64,000 nucleotides of DNA from an uncultured Alphaproteobacteria bacterium (GTDB lineage Bacteria; Pseudomonadota; Alphaproteobacteria; RF32; CAG-239), in assembly GCA_949297415.1 (NCBI GenBank), contig CASFSV010000016.1, positions 171-64,170 on the forward strand, written 5' to 3'. Each line of letters opens with the position of its first letter. Positions within the stretch are counted from its first letter, which is position 1. The notes below the pieces were generated by a model, which saw only the letters and a program-made list of their open reading frames with translations, was not told the origin of the DNA and searched no databases. The position numbers and the translations under genes were made by a program. Shown piece after piece: positions 60,637 to 64,000 of this stretch.

Positions 60637-63600
60637 TATTGATATTGAAAAAGATAATTTATCACAATTAGCTACAAAACAGCAATCTTCGGCTTCGAAT
60701 CCTCTTAATTCTGTTTGGGTGGAAGCTTCTGCTGGCACCGGAAAAACAAAAGTTTTATCTGATAGAGTTTTACGCTTATTACTGGCAAAAGTTAATCCGG
60801 CGAAAATTCTCTGTTTAACTTATACAAAAGCTGCTGCCGTTGAAATGAACGAGCGTATTGCAAAAAGACTTAGTGCTTGGGCGGTTGAAAGTGATGAAGA
60901 GTTATCTCAAGAATTAGATAAACTGCTTAATAACGATTACTCTTCAACTAACAAAGAGCAACTTCTCACTTTTGCTAGAACTTTGTTTGCTATCTTATTG
61001 GATACCCCTGGTGGAATGAAAATTCAGACCATTCATAGTTTCTGTCAGGATATTCTTAAGCGCTTTCCTCTGGAGGCTGGCATCTCTCCGTATTTTGAAG
61101 TTATGGACGATAGGCGTTCTAAAGAGATTTTGCAAAATCTCAAAATTGAACTTTTAAAACAGGCTGATATTGATGCTTCCAGTCCTTTAGCACAGGCAAT
61201 TGCATATTTAACGCAGCATACGAGTGAATATAAATTCCCCGAAATTATGAATTTAATTACAGAGAATCGGAGCAAAATCGACAATCTGTTACTGAAATTT
61301 GATAATGACATAAATCGCATTATTCAATTATTGGAAAAGAAACTTGCCGTTAAAATTTTACTTGATGTTGAGGATATTCAACGAGATGTAATCTCTTCTA
61401 TAGATAAGGATAATTTAAAATTCGCTATTGATGCTTTTAATCAGGGGAGCAAAGAAGATTTGAAGCGTGCTCAAGTTTTTGTAGAAATCGCCGCAACCGA
61501 ATTTTCTTCTCCACTATATGACAAGTATAAAAAACTTTTTTTAACGGACAAAGGGCAAATTAGGGCATCTTTAGCAACTAAAGCTATCCTCACTAAATTT
61601 CCTGAAATTTTATCGTTTATGACTAAGGAGGCCGATAAAATTCTTATCGCAGAGCAGCGAATCGCTGCATTAAATGTCCTAAAATCTACAGCAGCCGTAC
61701 TCTATATCGCTCAATGTATTATTTCTCGATATCGTGAATATAAGGAGCTTTACGCTGCTCTTGATTATGAAGATTTGATTGTTATTACACGCCGTTTGCT
61801 AGAGGATAAATCTGTTGCAGATTGGGTATTGTTTAAACTTGATGGCGGAATCGATCATATTTTAATTGATGAGGCGCAAGATACTTCTCCTTCTCAGTGG
61901 GCGATTGTTCGTGCATTAACACAAGAATTTTTTGCAGGCTTAGGCTCTTATCAAGATGCTTTGCCTCGCACCGTGTTTGTTGTGGGAGACAGAAAGCAAT
62001 CTATTTACAGCTTTCAGGGTGCTGATCCTAACGAATTTGATAAAATGTATCATTATTTTGATGAGAGAATCCAAGATTTCAAAAAAGTACATCTTGATGT
62101 GTCGTTTCGTTCTACAAAAGCCATTATGGATTGTGTTAATTTGCTTTTTGAAGTTGATACAGCAAAAAAAGGAGTGGTTCCTGAGGGCGAACATATTAAT
62201 CACCAACCATTTCGTTTAGGCGATGGCGGAACAGTTGAAATTCTCCCGCTATTGCATCCGGAAGAAAATGCTTCAAAGGATAAATATAACTGGGTTATTC
62301 CGATTAATCGTGAGCAAAATTCTTCCGTTTCTAATATTCTTGCTAGACAAATTGCTCTAAATATAAAACAAATGGTCGAAAATAAAGAGATTTTACCTTC
62401 AAAGAATCGACCTATTCGATATGGGGATTTTATGTTTCTTGTTCAGCAGCGTAAAAGTTTTGTTGAAGAGTTTGTGCGAGCATGTAAAGATATTGGTGTT
62501 AATGTTGCTGGTGTTGATAAGCTTAAACTTTTAGAACAAATTGCCGTACAAGATTTAATTTCTCTTGGTAAATTTCTTTTGTTACCTACTGATGATTTAT
62601 CTCTTGCGGAAGTGCTAAAATCTCCTATTTTCGGCCTTAATGACGATGATCTATTTACCCTATGCTTTAAAAGAGATGGAACTTTATTCAAAAATCTATT
62701 GAAAAATTCTGATTACGCTTCTGTCGGTGAGCAGCTTAAATCTTTACTTAACTTGGTGGGATTTGTTCGTCCTTTTGAATTGTTTAATACTGTTCTGATA
62801 CAACTTAAAGGGCTTTCTAATTTTATTGCTCGTATGGGAAATGAAGTTGAGGATGTTTTAGATGAATTCTTAAATCTTGCCATAATTTTTGAGCAAACGC
62901 ATACACCTTCTCTTGAAGCTTTTATTTCTTGGATTTTACAAGATGAAGTTATTATTCAAAAAGAAATGGAACAAGGTGAAAGCGATACCGTTAAAATTAT
63001 GACTGTTCACGGCTCTAAAGGTTTACAAGCCCCTATTGTTATTTTAGCTGACACTACAAAAATTAAAAATAAATCCAGAAAAAGTGAATTTTTGTGGGAT
63101 AAAGATGAGTTATTTTATTTTCCTCTTTCTGCAAGCTCTTATGACAATAACTGCAATACAATAAAAAATGCAAATTTAGATGCCGATTTTGATGAATATC
63201 GCCGGTTGTTGTATGTTGCTCTTACCCGTGCCGAGGACAGACTTTATATTGCCGGTTTCACTAAAACAAAAGATGCGGATGAACAGTCTTGGTATAAACT
63301 TTTAGTCAATAATCTTACATCAAACATTACTCTTCCGGATGGCGATAAGCGTATTATTTATACGGTTCCTCAGGAAAATGTGGTTGAAGTAAAAAATAAA
63401 ACTACACCAGTGGTGTCTATTGATGTTGATTATTCAACTATTCTGTCTCCTGCGCCGATTGAGAATCCTTTAGCTAAGCCTTACACTCCATCTAAAGATA
63501 CTACAGATGAGGAAGAAATTGTTGCCTCTCCGTTGGAGGAGCAAGGTAATTTTTATAGACGTGGTACCGTTATTCATAAATTGCTGCAATACATTGGGGC

Positions 63601-64000
63601 TCTAAAAGAAGATCATCAAGAATTTGCTGCTTTTGAATTTCTGAAAAAACATCTACCTGATTTTTCCGAATCCGAGCATCGGCAAATTGTCACAGAGGTT
63701 ATGAATTTATGTACTCGCTTTCCAGAACTATTTTCTGCAAAATCTAAGGCAGAAGTTCCTATTATTGGTGAAGTTGACGGAAAGATTATTTCTGCTAAAG
63801 TTGACCGACTTCTTGTGCTATCTGATAAAGTTGTTATCGTAGACTATAAGACGAATCGTCCGGCGGCAAAAACTTTAGCGGATGTTCCAGAAGCTTATTT
63901 TACTCAGCTTCACGCTTATAAAGAATTAGTACAACGTATTTACCCTAATAAACTTATCGAAACCTACTTGTTGTGGACTAATACTTGTAATATGATGAAA
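60626..64000 (+). CDS. addA: Double-strand break repair helicase/nuclease AddA, 3'-truncated by the window edge (absent from the ORF track because no stop is reached)
   Basis: Manual translation from the ATG at 60626 gives MKTNIDIEKDN...VEASAGTGKTKVL (Walker A), ILIDEAQDTSPSQW, VVGDRKQSIYSFQGADP, VKIMTVHGSKGLQAPIVILAD, RRLLYVALTRAEDRLYIAG, and nuclease motif VVIVDYKTNRP near 63840. The frame stayed open wherever spot-checked. Confidence 0.85.
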   Translation, partial: MKTNIDIEKDNLSQLATKQQSSASNPLNSVWVEASAGTGKTKVLSDRVLRLLLAKVNPAKILCLTYTKAAAVEMNERIAKRLSAWAVESDEELSQELDKLLNNDYSSTNKEQLLTFARTLFAILLDTPGGMKIQTIHSFCQDILKRFPLEAGISPYFEVMDDRRSKEILQNLKIELLKQADIDASSPLAQAIAYLTQHTSEYKFPEIMNLITENRSKIDNLLLKFDNDINRIIQLLEKKLAVKILLDVEDIQRDVISSIDKDNLKFAIDAFNQGSKEDLKRAQVFVEIAATEFSSPLYDKYKKLFLTDKGQIRASLATKAILTKFPEILSFMTKEADKILIAEQRIAALNVLKSTAAVLYIAQCIISRYREYKELYAALDYEDLIVITRRLLEDKSVADWVLFKLDGGIDHILIDEAQDTSPSQWAIVRALTQEFFAGLGSYQDALPRTVFVVGDRKQSIYSFQGADPNEFDKMYHYFDERIQDFKKVHLDVSFRSTKAIMDCVNLLFEVDTAKKGVVPEGEHINHQPFRLGDGGTVEILPLLHPEENASKDKYNWVIPINREQNSSVSNILARQIALNIKQMVENKEILPSKNRPIRYGDFMFLVQQRKSFVEEFVRACKDIGVNVAGVDKLKLLEQIAVQDLISLGKFLLLPTDDLSLAEVLKSPIFGLNDDDLFTLCFKRDGTLFKNLLKNSDYASVGEQLKSLLNLVGFVRPFELFNTVLIQLKGLSNFIARMGNEVEDVLDEFLNLAIIFEQTHTPSLEAFISWILQDEVIIQKEMEQGESDTVKIMTVHGSKGLQAPIVILADTTKIKNKSRKSEFLWDKDELFYFPLSASSYDNNCNTIKNANLDADFDEYRRLLYVALTRAEDRLYIAGFTKTKDADEQSWYKLLVNNLTSNITLPDGDKRIIYTVPQENVVEVKNKTTPVVSIDVDYSTILSPAPIENPLAKPYTPSKDTTDEEEIVASPLEEQGNFYRRGTVIHKLLQYIGALKEDHQEFAAFEFLKKHLPDFSESEHRQIVTEVMNLCTRFPELFSAKSKAEVPIIGEVDGKIISAKVDRLLVLSDKVVIVDYKTNRPAAKTLADVPEAYFTQLHAYKELVQRIYPNKLIETYLLWTNTCNMMK

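Noticed and set aside
61045-62691. ORFs 61045-61320 (-), 61940-62206 (-), 61956-62219 (+) and 62443-62691 (-) in the last 4 kb
   Set aside because: They all lie within the long open addA frame starting at 60626, which shows the UvrD-helicase and RecB-nuclease motifs. They appear in the ORF track only because addA has no stop codon inside the window.

Overview
AT-rich bacterial chromosome segment. The core genes look alphaproteobacterial: an atpI-B-E-F'-F F0 operon with both b and b' subunits, AddAB-type recombination genes, and a divergent xerD/aroK pair. This lineage call is an inference, not a database result. Housekeeping genes occupy both ends. The left end carries dnaA-dnaN-recF, a gpsA-like gene, and rpmH-rnpA-yidD-yidC-engB. 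The right end carries the F0 ATP synthase operon, a dsbA-like gene, DUF721/dciA-like, xerD, aroK, rph, rdgB, addB and addA. Between them, about 42.4 kb (8693-51097) holds two envelope machines transcribed divergently from a 266-bp intergenic region. (1) A 30.7-kb single-strand virB-type type IV secretion operon, read on the minus strand as virB2 x3, virB3, virB4, five VirB5/TrbJ-like secreted coiled-coil paralogs (232-1824 aa), virB8, virB7-like, virB8, a virB9-SPOR fusion, a 2093-aa repeat protein, a 1451-aa repeat-bearing VirB10, and virB11. (2) An R64-like type IVb pilus module: PilL-like lipoprotein, lipoprotein secretin, PilO/PilP-like proteins, GspE-family ATPase, GspF-family platform and an atypical pilin-position ORF. 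A PilT/DotB-like ATPase gene sits directly behind the atp operon. No VirB6, VirD4, VirB1, relaxase, prepilin peptidase, integrase, IS element, tRNA, rRNA or CRISPR array was seen in the window. The most unusual content is about 2700 residues of one short Gly/Asp/Ile repeat family spread over two adjacent giant ORFs at the virB9-virB10 junction. The expanded VirB5-like family and the VirB9-SPOR fusion come next. All product calls rest on motifs read from the translations and on gene order. No searches were run.
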